Assembly (NCBI RefSeq): GCF_006345805.1
Contig: NC_043002.1
Coordinates: forward strand, 43,090,001-43,154,000
Source: Octopus sinensis
Taxonomy: Eukaryota
Direction of reading: 5' to 3'
DNA length: 64,000 nucleotides
Of this stretch, positions 49,421-62,136 are shown one piece after another. The notes under the pieces were generated by a model. It had not been told where the DNA came from. It saw only the letters and a list, made by a program, of their open reading frames with translations, and ran no database searches. How positions within the stretch are numbered: the stretch's first letter is position 1; every line of letters begins with the position of its first letter. A program made the position numbers and the translations under genes.

Positions 49421-50600
49421 ATAAGAGTTAAGGGGCGGAGTAGAAAAAATCCGGGTTACATATGTTTCATAGCGAGCGGAACCTCGGAAGTGGTAAATAA
49501 AACGAAGTGTATACCGCAGGCTACTCTTCATGCCAAGGATATCTTGATTAAATGAAAGTTTATATTGTCGCAAGGAGGTACATGTTGACACTTGGAAGTT
49601 TCAATCAGAATGTGTAGGGACCACAATAGGAGTGGAAAGTATAACTGTAGAGAGAAATTAGGATTAAAAGAAGGAGCGCAGGAGTGGCTGTGTGGTAAGT
49701 AGCTTGCTAACCAACCACATGGTTCCGGGTTCAGTCCCACTGCGTGGCATCTTGGGCAAGTGTCTTCTGCTATAGCCCCGGGCCGACCAATGCCTTGTGA
49801 GTGGATTTGGTAGACGGAAACTGAAAGAAGCCTGTCGTATATATGTATATATATGTATATGTATGTATATGTATGTGTGTTTGTGTGTCTGTGTTTGTCC
49901 CCCTAGCATTGCTTGACAACCGATGCTGGTGTGTTTACGGCCCCGTCACTTAGCGGCTCGGCAAAAGAGACCGATAGAATAAGTACTGGGCTTACAACGA
50001 ATAAGTCCCGGGGTCGATTTGCTCGACTAAAGGTGGTGCTCCAGCATGGCCGCAGTCAAATGACTGAAACAAGTAAAAGAGTAAAAGGGTAAAGAGTAAA
50101 AGGTAAAAGACACAGAGAGAAGTATGTAAATGACAATAAGGTGAGGGGTTATTGTTATTTGTATTTTGAGAATAGATTTAGTGATCGATGCTTACAGGTA
50201 AAAATCATACTGCTGCGTTCATTAAGACAATCCATGGATTGCAAAATAGCTAGACATCGGCTGTACAGATATTACATTTGTTATTATAGCTGCTGTATGG
50301 TTTGGCGTGGATGACTATGGACCACTTGAGAGTGTAAAGAATTGAATCAATCTTTAGTTTATTGACCAGCTGAGATAACGATGTACTGTTGGATTTTTCT
50401 ACACATTCTGATTGAATCTTCCATATGTTAACACGTACCTCCTTGCGACAACGTAAACTTTCATTAAACCAAAATATCCTTGACTTGAAGAGTAGTCTGC
50501 GGTATACACCTCGCTTGGATATTTACCACTTTCGAGATTCCGCTCGCTTTGAAACGTATGTAAGCCGGATCTTATCTACTCCATTCCTTAACTCTTGTAT
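49421..50600. repeat. Diverged ~180-bp inverted repeat (49421-49598 vs 50418-50600) enclosing a SINE
   Basis: Reverse-complement alignment is obvious by eye, with scattered substitutions. Confidence 0.8.
49673..50105 (+). mobile_element. Full OR2-like CORE SINE
   Basis: AGGAGCGCAGGAGTGGCTGTGTGGTAAG head through (GTAAAAGA)n tail. Confidence 0.88.
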
Positions 50601-50744
50601 GTGTGTGTGTATACACACACACATTTATATATGCGTATAAATCCACTTATATAGTATATATCAATTCATGTAAGAAACTTTGAATGTATGTATATATGTA
50701 TATATATTCTGGTATGTATGTATATATATATCTGTATATCAATT

Positions 50745-50863
<119 letters not shown>

Positions 50864-51609
50864 GTCTGTCTGTCTGTTTGTCTATCTGTCTGTCTGTCTG
50901 TCTGTCTGTCTGTATGTATTTATGTATTTATGTTTGTGTGTAAATACGTATGTATGGTCTCTTTCTCTTTTTAAATTTAGAATGCATTTTAACAAGGTCT
51001 GTGCAAGAAAGAACGTTGTTTTGTTCATCATCCTTTAAATCTTTTTGTAGTCTCAGATATCGTAATCATTTGAAGTTTATGAATTAAAGATTTGCGTTCT
51101 CTTCCCAGGGATCCAAATTCAGCCATGCTTTGCTCCAATGACAATAGGTATGAAGCTGAAAGTGTATATTGGGCACTGGATTTGCAAACACCTTATCAAT
51201 GGTCCTTAGATGTACTCTTTCTCTTGTACTTTTGTACTTTTCTAACTACATTGGTGTCCAGGAGACTATCTGATTTCCATAATAGAACATATCTTTTCTT
51301 TGTTGTCCCACAACAATATCTGGCAGTATGTGATTGGAAAATATTTATCCTTAAAAGTTAAGTATTTTTAGAAATGTTAGACTTAACATTTATGAAAAAA
51401 AGAGCTGCAGAATAGCTGATAGTGTAGCGTCTCTTAGAATAAAATGGATATATATGAGTTTATCTTTGAATCTACTGGCTCTTAATACTTTATTGTATCA
51501 TACTTCAAACTTGTATCAGTTTGTATATGTACGTAAATGTACACGAATATGTACGCTCGTTTCTATCGCAGTCCGAGATATTTGTTTGTAAATGTGTATG
51601 TATGTACAC

Positions 51610-51679
<70 letters not shown>

Positions 51680-51863
51680 CAATAATAATAATAATCCTTA
51701 GATGGAATTTATTATTATTTTAATGCATCTCTACGTGCGTTTCCACAAATCTCATCTTTCTCAAGATCATAGATTTGACATCATTAGGTTATTTATAGCC
51801 GGCATAATAGAATAGGATCTTTAGATGCATATTCAAAACGTTTCCCGTAAACGAACTTAAAGG

Positions 51864-51896
<33 letters not shown>

Positions 51897-51903
51897 CATG
51901 TAT

Positions 51904-51938
<35 letters not shown>

Positions 51939-52377
51939 TAATGCTCTTGGTTGTATAGGCGAGTCTTCAGACTCGTTGGCCGGAGGTGTAGAATCTCTCT
52001 ACAGCTGGAGTAATGAAAACCTTATGGCCAGTTAAAGTTGTAAAAAAAAAAATCCTGAACTAAATTTTACTGGCAGTTAATGTGGGTGAGGTGGAGTTGT
52101 CCACCTTAGATTGGTTGCAGTTGCGTCTAAAACGGGTCAACGTAGCATAGTTTCTTGCTTTCCCCTAGTCGGCATACAGGAAATCTTGTGCTTCTTTTCG
52201 GATATATGAACTACTGACTGATATATATATTGATACTCCATGTAATGGTTATGCTCATTATTTTATAAGTGACTCTTACTGCCTTTCAGTTACATTCCTA
52301 GAGAACTCATTAGTGAAGCAGCGTTTTCTCATATTCACAAGAAATGTAATAACTCTTTAAAGTCATTAATCGTGAAA

Positions 52378-52411
<34 letters not shown>

Positions 52412-52427
52412 GGTATGCTTATATATA

Positions 52428-52508
<81 letters not shown>

Positions 52509-52557
52509 AAACAAGTAAAAAATAGAAAATGCTAAAATAATTTTATAGTGAACATTT

Positions 52558-52595
52558 CAGTACCGGTTTCGGTCATTTTGAGACCTTTTCAACTG
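52558..52595 (-). ncRNA. Minimal type I hammerhead ribozyme, U3-A8 variant (pLTR copy 1)
   Basis: CAG-UUGAAAA-GGUC(UCAAAAU)GACC-GAAA-CCGG-U-A-CUG. Confidence 0.75.
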
Positions 52596-52944
52596 TAACG
52601 ATTAAATAATTAAATTTAGAAAAATTAGAAGAAAAGTTTTTTTAAAAAAAAATTTTTTATAGTAGTGTTCAGATTTAAGTGGCATTCTGCCTTTCTCTGA
52701 CTCCCTTGTTTGCACTTGTGTGTTCGAGGTAGTTGTGAGCTCTTGGTAGGGTAGTAGAGAGAAGGCTGGTGAGGAAAGGGGGGTGGGAGAATCTGGGAGT
52801 GCCCTGATGGTCGTATTTTGAATGGTCAGTGGCGGCTGGCAGTCTCAGTTCAATTCAGGAGAATATTTATATTGACAGGCTTCTTTATAGAATTAGCGTA
52901 GGTGTTATACTAAAAAACATTAGTGACAACTTAAGGGGTAGGGG

Positions 52945-53215
52945 GTGGAGAAGAAGAAAAAGAAGAAGAAGAAGAAGAAGAAGGAGAAGGAGAAGGAGAA
53001 GATGACGATGATGGTGATGGTGGTGATGATTATGACGACGATGATGATGATAACGATGATGATGAAGAAGAAGAAGAAGAAGAAGGAGGAGAGGGAGAAG
53101 ATGGTGTGTGATGATGGTGGCGATGATGATGATGCCGATGATGATGATAACGATGATGATGAAGAAGAAGAGGAAGAAGAAGAAGAAGAAAAAACAGAGA
53201 AGGGAGAATATGAAT
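52945..53215. repeat. Compound (GAA)n/(GGA)n/(GAT)n tract inside the PLE 3' region, present in all three units (also 57350-57600, 61765-62005)
   Basis: The same internal layout is copied in each unit. Confidence 0.9.
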
Positions 53216-53321
53216 GAATGGGTAAATATAGCTATGAAGGGCTGATAGTAATGGATTCTATGGAGTGTAGTATTTGTGTGTGTATATATATTTTTTTCTT
53301 TTATTCTAAAGTTGAGGTATA

Positions 53322-55633
53322 TTAATTATTTGTCGTAGACCCGTTAAGAAGTGGCTTGTATTTTGTAATAAAGAGATTTTCTTTACTTATTCGTTGTCTC
53401 CAGGTTGTATCGTCCCTAAATTGGTAGAGGGGGAAAATTCTGAAGTTTGGTGTTTTTTGTTGGCGCAAGTATCTATGTGTTGGCTAAAAGCTATTTTTCT
53501 GTTTTGGGGAATTTTTATCTGGGATCTGTGCAGGGCCATTCGTTTACGCAAACCATTTTTTGTTTGGCCTATGTACTGCTCTTGACACCCGAGCAGGTTA
53601 GTGAGTATATTAGGTTCTCCGAAGCACATGTGAAGTTGCTTTTCACTGTAAAACGTTGTCCCTGTTTGAAGGAGAACTCAGAACCCTCGATTAGATAGTC
53701 GCATATCCCGCAATTGGGTCTTCCACATTTTTTTACTGTCGGCTTCTGTGCTGAAGAGTGAATTCGGGCTTGTGTAAGGAGACTTTTCATGGATCTAGGC
53801 TGTCTTTTGCTTTTTATGATCGTGTGTGTTTGGAGGATTGTGTTCATTCTGTGGTCTTTTTTTAGGAGGGGTATGTTGTGGAGGATGGTGTCGAAGGCTT
53901 CGTTATTGAGAGGGTGTGTGTGGAGATGTATGGTAAGGCTTTTGGTTGTAAGTTTTTCTTTGATTTGGGATGTCTCAGTTCCTTGATGTTAAGTTGAAGG
54001 GCACGTTGAATGCATTTGTCAATAAGTGAAGGTGGATAGTTCCTGGTGATTAGGGTATCTTTTAGTTCTTGTAGTCGTGTGTCTCTGGTGTTTGCGTTAG
54101 AGACTATAGTGCATATCCTTTTTGCTAGATTGAAGGGGATATTCATCCTGGTGTGTCTGGGGTGGCATGAATTGAATGGAAGATATTGCTTGGAGTCTGT
54201 AGGCTTATAGTATATGTCTGTTTCTATTATATTATTAGCTTTCTTAATGAGGATATCGAGGAAGGGGAGTTGTTGTTGGCTATATTCCATCGTGAATTGG
54301 ATGTTTACGTCCAGTCCGTTTAAAATTTTCTGGAATTCTATGAGTTTTTCTATATTTTTATGCCAAAGGATGAAACAGTCATCTAGATATCTCTTCCAGT
54401 TGTTTTCTATGTAGATGGAGAAAGGGCTGCCATATCTTTCTAGAACCTTACGATACAGACTGATCTCTAGGTATCCTATGACTAGGTTGGCAAAGGAGGG
54501 GGCCATTCGTGTACCCATCGCAGTCCCCGATTTTTTTCGGTAGAAGTTGTCATTGAAGGCGAAGAAGTTATTTTCCAGGATGAATTTAACCCCTTCTATC
54601 ACAAATTCTTTTTTGATGCGGTGTGGTAGTTCGTTGGCGTGATTCTCTAGCCAGAATTGGATTGCCTCTAGTCCTAGGTTGTGGGGGATATTGGAGTAGA
54701 GGTTGACTACATCGAAGGATACCAGTATGGTGTTTTTGTTTATAGTATTCGGTAGGTGATTGAGCATATCTAAGTCGTCCCTTATATAGCTTTTGACATG
54801 TTTGAGGAGTGGTTTTAACAGGGTGTCTAAAGTTACTGAGGCGGTGGGTTTCGCATGCGGGACCTGCTATTATGGGTCTCAATTTGAGGTCATTAGGATT
54901 AGGGACTTTAATTATTTTGTCTGTAGCCTTGCATGCGTTGCTTATTTTTTCACTTTTGTGGATCTTAGGTATACCGTAGAATTGGCTAGTTTTACTTGTG
55001 AAATTGGTCATATAATCATATTCTTTGTCGGTTAGCCCTGCTTTGTATGGGTTTAATATGGATTTTAGTTCCCTCATTATTTTTTGTTGACTGTAGTTTT
55101 GTGCCTTTTCATAGTATGTTGTGTCTTCCAGCATAGAAAGTACCAAAGTTATGTAAAATGTCGTATCCATTAAGACAACAGCACTCCCTTTATCGGCCTC
55201 TTTGATTGTTATTGTTTTATCTAGTTTTAATTTGTTCAACTCAGCCCATTCTTTTTTGCTGAAGTTTGGTTTGTGTTTTGTTGTGTGCATATGTTGATAT
55301 GGGTAATTTGATATGTGGTCACAGAAATCATCAAGTGTTTTATTCTTACCTTTCGAGGGGGTGTAGTTACTCCTATTTCTGGCTAACGATTCGTCCTCGT
55401 TGTATTTATCGTATAGCTTCTCAGTAAGTCTTAATTTTCTGCAGAATTCTGCGATGTCTTCTTCATTTCATTGTAGTTGGGGTGTTGTGGGGTGGGTGTA
55501 AACTTGAGTCCTTTGGAAAGTATGTTTATTTGGTTGCTGTTAGTTCCTTGTGAGTTAGATTAATAATTTTTATTACTTTTGGTTCCTCCTGCTTGTTTGG
55601 TGCTATCTTGGTCTCTGTGTTTGCGTATTGGGT
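53322..55633 (-). CDS. PLE pol, unit A (about 770 aa; RT, Cys motif, GIY-YIG), broken by 1-nt indels
   Basis: INL..LSKGLKFTPTP, IKEADKGSAVV, FYGIPKIHK, LRPII, SFDVVNLYSNIP, GTAMG..MAP, RYLDD, PFLD, CGRPNCGIC, LIY..C..C..QYIGQT. Confidence 0.88.
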
Positions 55634-56843
55634 CTAAAAAATGAATGCGGTGGTTGGGACGGTAGCTAGTATATAGTTGTTCTTTGTTGATTAGGGGTCT
55701 CCTGTTGTGATTTATGGTGTGTGTTCTTGGAGCAGTATTGAGGAGAGCATCCCGATATCCCATATTCGGGTGTGGTGTTCTAGGAGGCCTTCGTTGGTAA
55801 TCATTGCAAGTGGTGTGGGTTTGTTGTGCATGGTTGTTTAACCGGTTAATGGGACGAAGATTTCGTTGGTAACTCCTTTGGGTGGGGATGAGGTTGCAGT
55901 GTCTATGCTGTGGGTGTTGATTTATCCTTTCTCTGCTTGAAGTGGGGGTATTCCTGATATTGTATCGCTGGCTGCTTACAGAGTTAGGGTTAGGTCCTGT
56001 ATTCTTTTTTTGATAGTAGTGAAGGTTCCGATTTTTAGAGAGGTGTGTATCGGTGTTTGGGTGTTGTTTTGGTTTTCTTATTTTCTGGAAAGGGTTGTTG
56101 GAGGCGTGCTCTGTTTGAAAGACGGCTTCATAGTCTGAGAACCAGTGGCGCTTTTCTCCCAGCGTTGGAGAGATTTTAGTTCTTCTTTTTCACAGTCCTC
56201 TTTCCATAGTTTGGAGAACTTCTCTTGATCTGGGCCTTGGGTCATTTTGCGAATTTCTTCGTTGATATCTTCATCGGTGGATTTTATTTTATCCTCATTC
56301 GTTTGGGGGCTCTCAATTTCAGAAGTTCTATTTCCATTTTCATTTTTTCCAGTGCCATTCTCTCCCTGAGGTGTCTTTGTGTTTCAGGTTCTTCTGTAAT
56401 AGCTTTGAACTGGAATTTACGTGGGAGGATTAACGGGGTCCGGTTGAGCCATTTTTTCGTATATATCCGCTTTGTTGTTGTTTTGGATCATCTTCCAAAA
56501 GGCGAACTTTCTATCTCTGAGTGATTTGTTCCATTGTGGTATTATGTGGTGTTTCATTTGGTATGTTGTTAGAGTATATTGATCCCATATATTGACTCGT
56601 TTGGAGGTCCTTGGTTAGCGTTGTTAGAGAAAAATGTTCTAATTGTTTCGCATAAGTTTCCAAGGTTTTCGATAATTTCGGAGGTTGTATTTTTCGTATC
56701 TGTTTCTTCATTGTTCTCTCTCGATTGGGTTGAAGTGTCGAGTCGAATTTGTTCAAAAAAGTTGACAAATTTGTGTTGATTTTCTTGAGTTCTTTCAGTA
56801 TTTCTTCGTTTATGGAGGTGATTGTGTCTGTTTTTGTCGGCAT
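55560..56843 (-). CDS. PLE ORF1, unit A (about 430 aa; helical/coiled-coil N-half, basic low-complexity tail), broken by indels
   Basis: Reconstructed from both units; ends KSNKNY-stop and overlaps the pol frame by about 75 nt. Confidence 0.65.
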
Positions 56844-56963
56844 TTTCTGTATCTCGTGTGGGTTAATGATATGTATAAGGGTGAAAAGGAACACACGAGT
56901 TGATATATATGAAAAAACAAGTAAAAAATAGAAAATGCTAAAATAATTTTATAGTGAACATTT

Positions 56964-57001
56964 CAGTACCGGTTTCGGTCATTTTGAGACCTTTTCAACT
57001 G
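56964..57001 (-). ncRNA. Minimal type I hammerhead ribozyme, U3-A8 variant (pLTR copy 2)
   Basis: Identical to 52558-52595. Confidence 0.75.
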
Positions 57002-57730
57002 TAACGATTAAATAATTAAATTTAGAAAAATTAGAAGAAAAGTTTTTTTAAAAGAAAATTTTTATAGTAGTGTTCAGATTTAAGTGGCATTCTGCCTTTC
57101 TCTGACTCCCTTGTTTGCACTTGTGTGTTCGAGGTAGTTGTGAGCTCTTGGTAGGGTAGTAGAGAGAAGGCTGGTGAGGAAAGGGGGGTGAGAGAATCTG
57201 GGAGTGCCCTGATGGTCGTATTTTGAATGGTCAGTGGCGGCTGGCAGTCTCAGTTCAATTCAGGAGAATATTTATATTGACAGGCTTCTTTATAGAATTA
57301 GCGTAGGTGTTATACTAAAAAACATTAGTGACAACTTAAGGGGTAGGGGTGGAGAAAAAAGAAGAAGAAGAAGAAGAAGAAGAAGGAGAAGGAGAAGGAG
57401 AAGATGACGATGATGGTGATGGTGGTGATGATTATGACGACGATGATGATGATAACGATGATGATGAAGAAAAGAAGAAGAAGAAGAAGGAAGAAGGAGG
57501 AGAAGGAGAAGATGGTGGTGATGATGGTGGCGATGATGATGATGCCGATGATGATGATAACGATGATGATGAAGAAGAAGAGGAAGAAGAAGAAGAAGAA
57601 AAACAGAGAAGGGAGAATATGAATGGGTGTAAATATAGCTATGAAGGGGCTGATTAGTAATGGATTCTATGGAGTGTAGTATTTGTGTGTGTATATATAT
57701 TTTTTTCTTTTATTCTAAAGTTGAGGTATA

Positions 57731-60053
57731 TTAATTGTTTGTCGTAGACCCGTTAAGAAGTGGCTTGTATTTTGTAATAAAGAGATTTTCTTTACTTATT
57801 CGTTGTCTCGAGGTTGTATCGTCCCTAAATTGGTAGAGGGGGGAAAATTCTGAAGTTTGGGTGTTTTTTTGTTGGCGCAAGTATCTATGTGTTGGCTAAA
57901 AGCTATTTTTCTGTTTTGGGGAATTTTTATCTGGGATCTGTGCAGGGCCATTCGTTTACGCAAACCATTTTTTGTTTGGCCTATGTACTGCTCTTGACAC
58001 CCGGAGCAGGTTAGTGAGTATATTAGGTTCTCCGAAGCACATGTGAAGTTGCTTTTCACTGTAAAACGTTGTCCCTGTTGAAGGAGAACTCAGAACCCTC
58101 GATTAGATAGTCGCATATCCCGCAATTGGGTCTTCCACATTTTTTTACTGTCGGCTTCTGTGTTGAAGAGTGAATTCGGGCTTGTGTAAGGAGACTTTTC
58201 ATGGATCTAGGCTGTCTTTTGCTTTTTATGATCGTGTGTGTTTGGAGGATTGTGTTCATTCTGTGGTCTTTTTTAGGAGGGGTATGTTGTGGAGGATGGT
58301 GTCGAAGGCTTCGTTATTGAGAGGGTTGTGTGTGGAGATGTATGGTAAGGCTTTTGGTTGTAAGTTTTTCTTTGATTTGGGATGTCTCAGTTCCTTGATG
58401 TTAAGTTGAAGGGCACGTTGAATGCATTTGTCAATAAGTGAAGGTGGATAGTTCCTGGTGATTAGGGTATCTTTTAGTTCTTGTAGTCGTGTGTCTCTCT
58501 GTGTTTGCGTTAGAGACTATAGTGCATATCCTTTTTGCTAGATTGAAGGGGATATTCATCCTGGTGTGTCTGGGGTGGCATGAATTGAATGGAAGATATT
58601 GCTTAGAGTCTGTAGGCTATAGTATATGTCTGTTTCTATTATATTATTAGCTTTCTTAATGAGGATATCGAGGAAGGGGAGTTGTTGTTGGCTATATTCC
58701 ATCGTGAATTGGATGTTTACGTCCAGTCCGTTTAAAATTTTCTGGAATTCTATGAGTTTTTCTATATTTTTATGCCAAAGGATGAAACAGTCATCTAGAT
58801 ATCTCTTCCAGTTGTTTTCTATGTAGATGGAGAAAGGGCTGCCATATCTTTCTAGAACCTTACGATACAGACTGATCTCTAGGTATCCTATGACTAGGTT
58901 GGCAAAGGAGGGGCCATTCGTGTACCCATCGCAGTCCCCGATTTTTGTCGGTAGAAGTTGTCATTGAAGGCGAAGAAGTTATTTTCCAGGATGAATTTAA
59001 CCCCTTCTATCACAAATTCTTTTTTGATGCGGTGTGGTAGTTCGTTGGCGTGATTCTCTAGCCAGAATTGGATTGCCTCTAGTCCTAGGTTGTGGGGGAT
59101 ATTGGAGTAGAGGTTGACTACATCGAAGGATACCAGTATGGTGTTTTTGTTTATAGTATTCGGTAGGTGATTGAGCATATCTAAGTCGTCCCTTATATAG
59201 CTTTTGACATGTTTGAGGAGTGGTTTTAACAGGGTGTCTAAAAAGTTACTGAGGCGGCGGTGGGTTTCGCATGCGGGACCTGCTATTATGGGTCTCAATT
59301 TGAGGTCATTAGGATTAGGGACTTTAATTATTTTGTCTGTAGCTATCTTGCATGCGTTGCTTATTTTTTCACTTTTGTGGATCTTAGGTATACCGTAGAA
59401 TTGGCTAGTTTTACTTGTGAAATTGGTCATATAATCATATTCTTTGTCGGTTAGCCCTGCTTTGTATGGGTTTAATATGGATTTTAGTTCCCTCATTATT
59501 TTTTTGTTGACTGTAGTTTTGTGCCTTTTCATAGTATGTTGTGTCTTCCAGCATAGAAAGTACCAAAGTTATGTAAAATGTCGTATCCATTAAGACAACA
59601 GCACTCCCTTTATCGGCCTCTTTGATTGTTATTGTTTTATCTAGTTTTAATTTGTTCAACTCAGCCCATTCTTTTTTGCTGAAGTTTGGTTTGTGTTTTT
59701 GTTTGTGCATATGTTGATATGGTAATTTGATATGTGGTCACAGAAATCATCAAGTGTTTTATTCTTACCTTTCGAGGGGTGTAGTTACTCCTATTTCTGG
59801 CTAACGATTCGTCCTCGTTGTATTTATCGTATAGCTTCTCAGTAAGTCTTAATTTTCTGCAGAATTCTGCGATGTCTTCTTCATTTCATTGTAGTTGGGG
59901 TGTGTGTGGGTGGGTGTAAACTTGAGTCCTTTGGAAAGTATGTTTATTTGGTTTGCTGTTAGTTCCTTGTGAGTTAGATTAATAATTTTTATTACTTTTG
60001 GTTCCTCCTGCTTGTTTGGTGCTATCTTGTGTCTCTGTGTTTGCGTATTGGGT
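57731..60053 (-). CDS. PLE pol, unit B, broken by indels different from unit A
   Basis: Same motifs as unit A (ORF pieces 59435-59710, 58894-59532, 57796-58059). Confidence 0.85.
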
Positions 60054-61258
60054 CTAAAAAATGAATGCGGTGGTTGGGACGGTAGCTAGTATATAGTTGT
60101 CTTTGTTGATTAGGGGTCTCCTGTTGTGATTTATGGTGTGTGTTCTTGGAGCAGTATTGAGGAGAGCATCCCGATATCCCATATTCGGGTGTGGTGTTCT
60201 AGGAGGCCTTCGTTGGTAATCATTGCAAGTGGTGTGGGTTTGTTGTGCATGGTTGTTTAACCGGTTAATGGGACGAAGATTTCGTTGGTAACTCCTTTGG
60301 GTGGGATGAGGTTGCAGTGTCTATGCTGTGGGTGTTGATTTATCCTTTCTCTGCTTGAAGTGGGGGTATTCCTGATATTGTATCGCTGGCTGCTTACAGA
60401 GTTAGGGTTAGGTCCTGTATTCTTTTTTTGATAGTAGTGAAGGTTCCGATTTTTAGAGAGGTGTGTATCGGTGTTTGGGTGTTGTTTTGGTTTTCTTATT
60501 TTCTGGAAAGGGTTGTTGGAGGCGTGCTCTGTTTGAAAGACGGCTTCATAGTCTGAGAACCAAGTGTGCTTTCTTTCTCCCCAGCGTTGGAGAGATTTTA
60601 GTTCTTCTTTTTCACAGTCCTCTTTCCATAGTTTGGAGAACTTCTCTTGATCTGGGCCTTGGGTCATTTTGCGAATTTCTTCGTTGATATCTTCATCGGT
60701 GGATTTTATTTTATCCTCATTCGTTTGGGCTCTCAATTTCAGAAGTTCTATTTCCATTTTCATTTTTTCCAGTGCCATTCTCTCCCTGAGGTGTCTTTGT
60801 GTTTCAGGTTCTTCTGTAATAGCTTTGAACTGGAATTTACGTGGGAGGATTAACGGGGTCCGGTTGAGCCATTTTTCGTATATATCCGCTTTGTTGTTGT
60901 TTTGGATCATCTTCCAAAAGGCGAACTTTCTATCTCTGAGTGATTTGTTCCATTGTGGTATTATGTGGTGTTTCATTTGGTATGTTGTTAGAGTATTGAT
61001 CCCATATATTGACTCGTTTGGAGGTCCTTGGTTAGCGTTGTTAGAGAAAAATGTTCTAATTGTTTCGCATAAGTTTCCAAGGTTTTCGATAATTTCGGAG
61101 GTTGTATTTTTCGTATCTGTTTCTTCATTGTTCTCTCGATTGGGTTGAAGTGTCGAGTCGAATTTGTTCAAAAAAGTTGACAAATTTGTGTTGATTTTCT
61201 TGAGTTCTTTCAGTATTTCTTCGTTTATGGAGGTGATTGTGTCTGTTTTTGTCGGCAT
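59979..61258 (-). CDS. PLE ORF1, unit B (open for over 330 codons from MPTKTD)
   Basis: ORF 60257-61309 in the track; QWNKSLRDRKFAFW..ALEKMKMEIELLKLRA..LWKEDCEKEE. Confidence 0.7.
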
Positions 61259-61377
61259 TTTCTGTATCTCGTGTGGGTTAATGATATGTATAAGGGTGAA
61301 AAGGAACACACGAGTTGATATATATGAAAAACAAGTAAAAAATAGAAAATGCTAAAATAATTTTATAGTGAACATTT

Positions 61378-61415
61378 CAGTACCGGTTTCGGTCATTTTG
61401 AGACCTTTTCAACTG
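61378..61415 (-). ncRNA. Minimal type I hammerhead ribozyme, U3-A8 variant (pLTR copy 3)
   Basis: Identical to 52558-52595. Confidence 0.75.
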
Positions 61416-62136
61416 TAACGATTAAATAATTAAATTTAGAAAAATTAGAAGAAAAGTTTTTTTAAAAGAAAATTTTTATAGTAGTGTTCAGATTTAAGTG
61501 GCATTCTGCCTTTCTCTGACTCCCTTGTTTGCACTTGTGTGTTCGAGTAGTTGTGAGCTCTTGGTAGGGTAGTAAGAGAAGGCTGGTGAGGAAAGGGGGG
61601 TGGGAGAATCTGGGAGTGCCCTGATGGTCGTATTTTGAATGGTCAGTGGCGGCTGGCAGTCTCAGTTCAATTCAGGAGAATATTTATATTGACAGGCTTC
61701 TTTATAGAATTAGCGTAGGTGTTATACTAAAAAACATTAGTGACAAACTTAAGGGGTAGGGGGTGAAGAAGAAGAAGAAGAAGAAGAAGAAGAAGAAGGA
61801 GAAGGAGAAGGAGAAGATGACGATGATGGTGATGGTGGTGATGATTATGACGACGATGATGATGATAACGATGATGATGAAGAAGAAGAAGAAGAAGAAG
61901 AAGGAGGAGAAGGAGAAGATGGTGTGATGATGTGTGCGATGATGATGATGCCGATGATGATGATAACGATGATGATGAAGAAAAGAGGAAGAAGAAGAAG
62001 AAGAAAAAACAGAGAAGGGAGAATATGAATGGGTGTAAATATAGCTATGAAGGGGCTGATTAGTAATGGATTCTATGGAGTGTAGTATTTGTGTGTGTAT
62101 ATATATTTTTTTCTTTTATTCTAAAGTTGAGGTATA

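Noticed and set aside
52945-53217. Poly-Glu/Asp/Lys ORFs (also 57349-57657)
   Set aside because: Antisense translation of the PLE trinucleotide tract.
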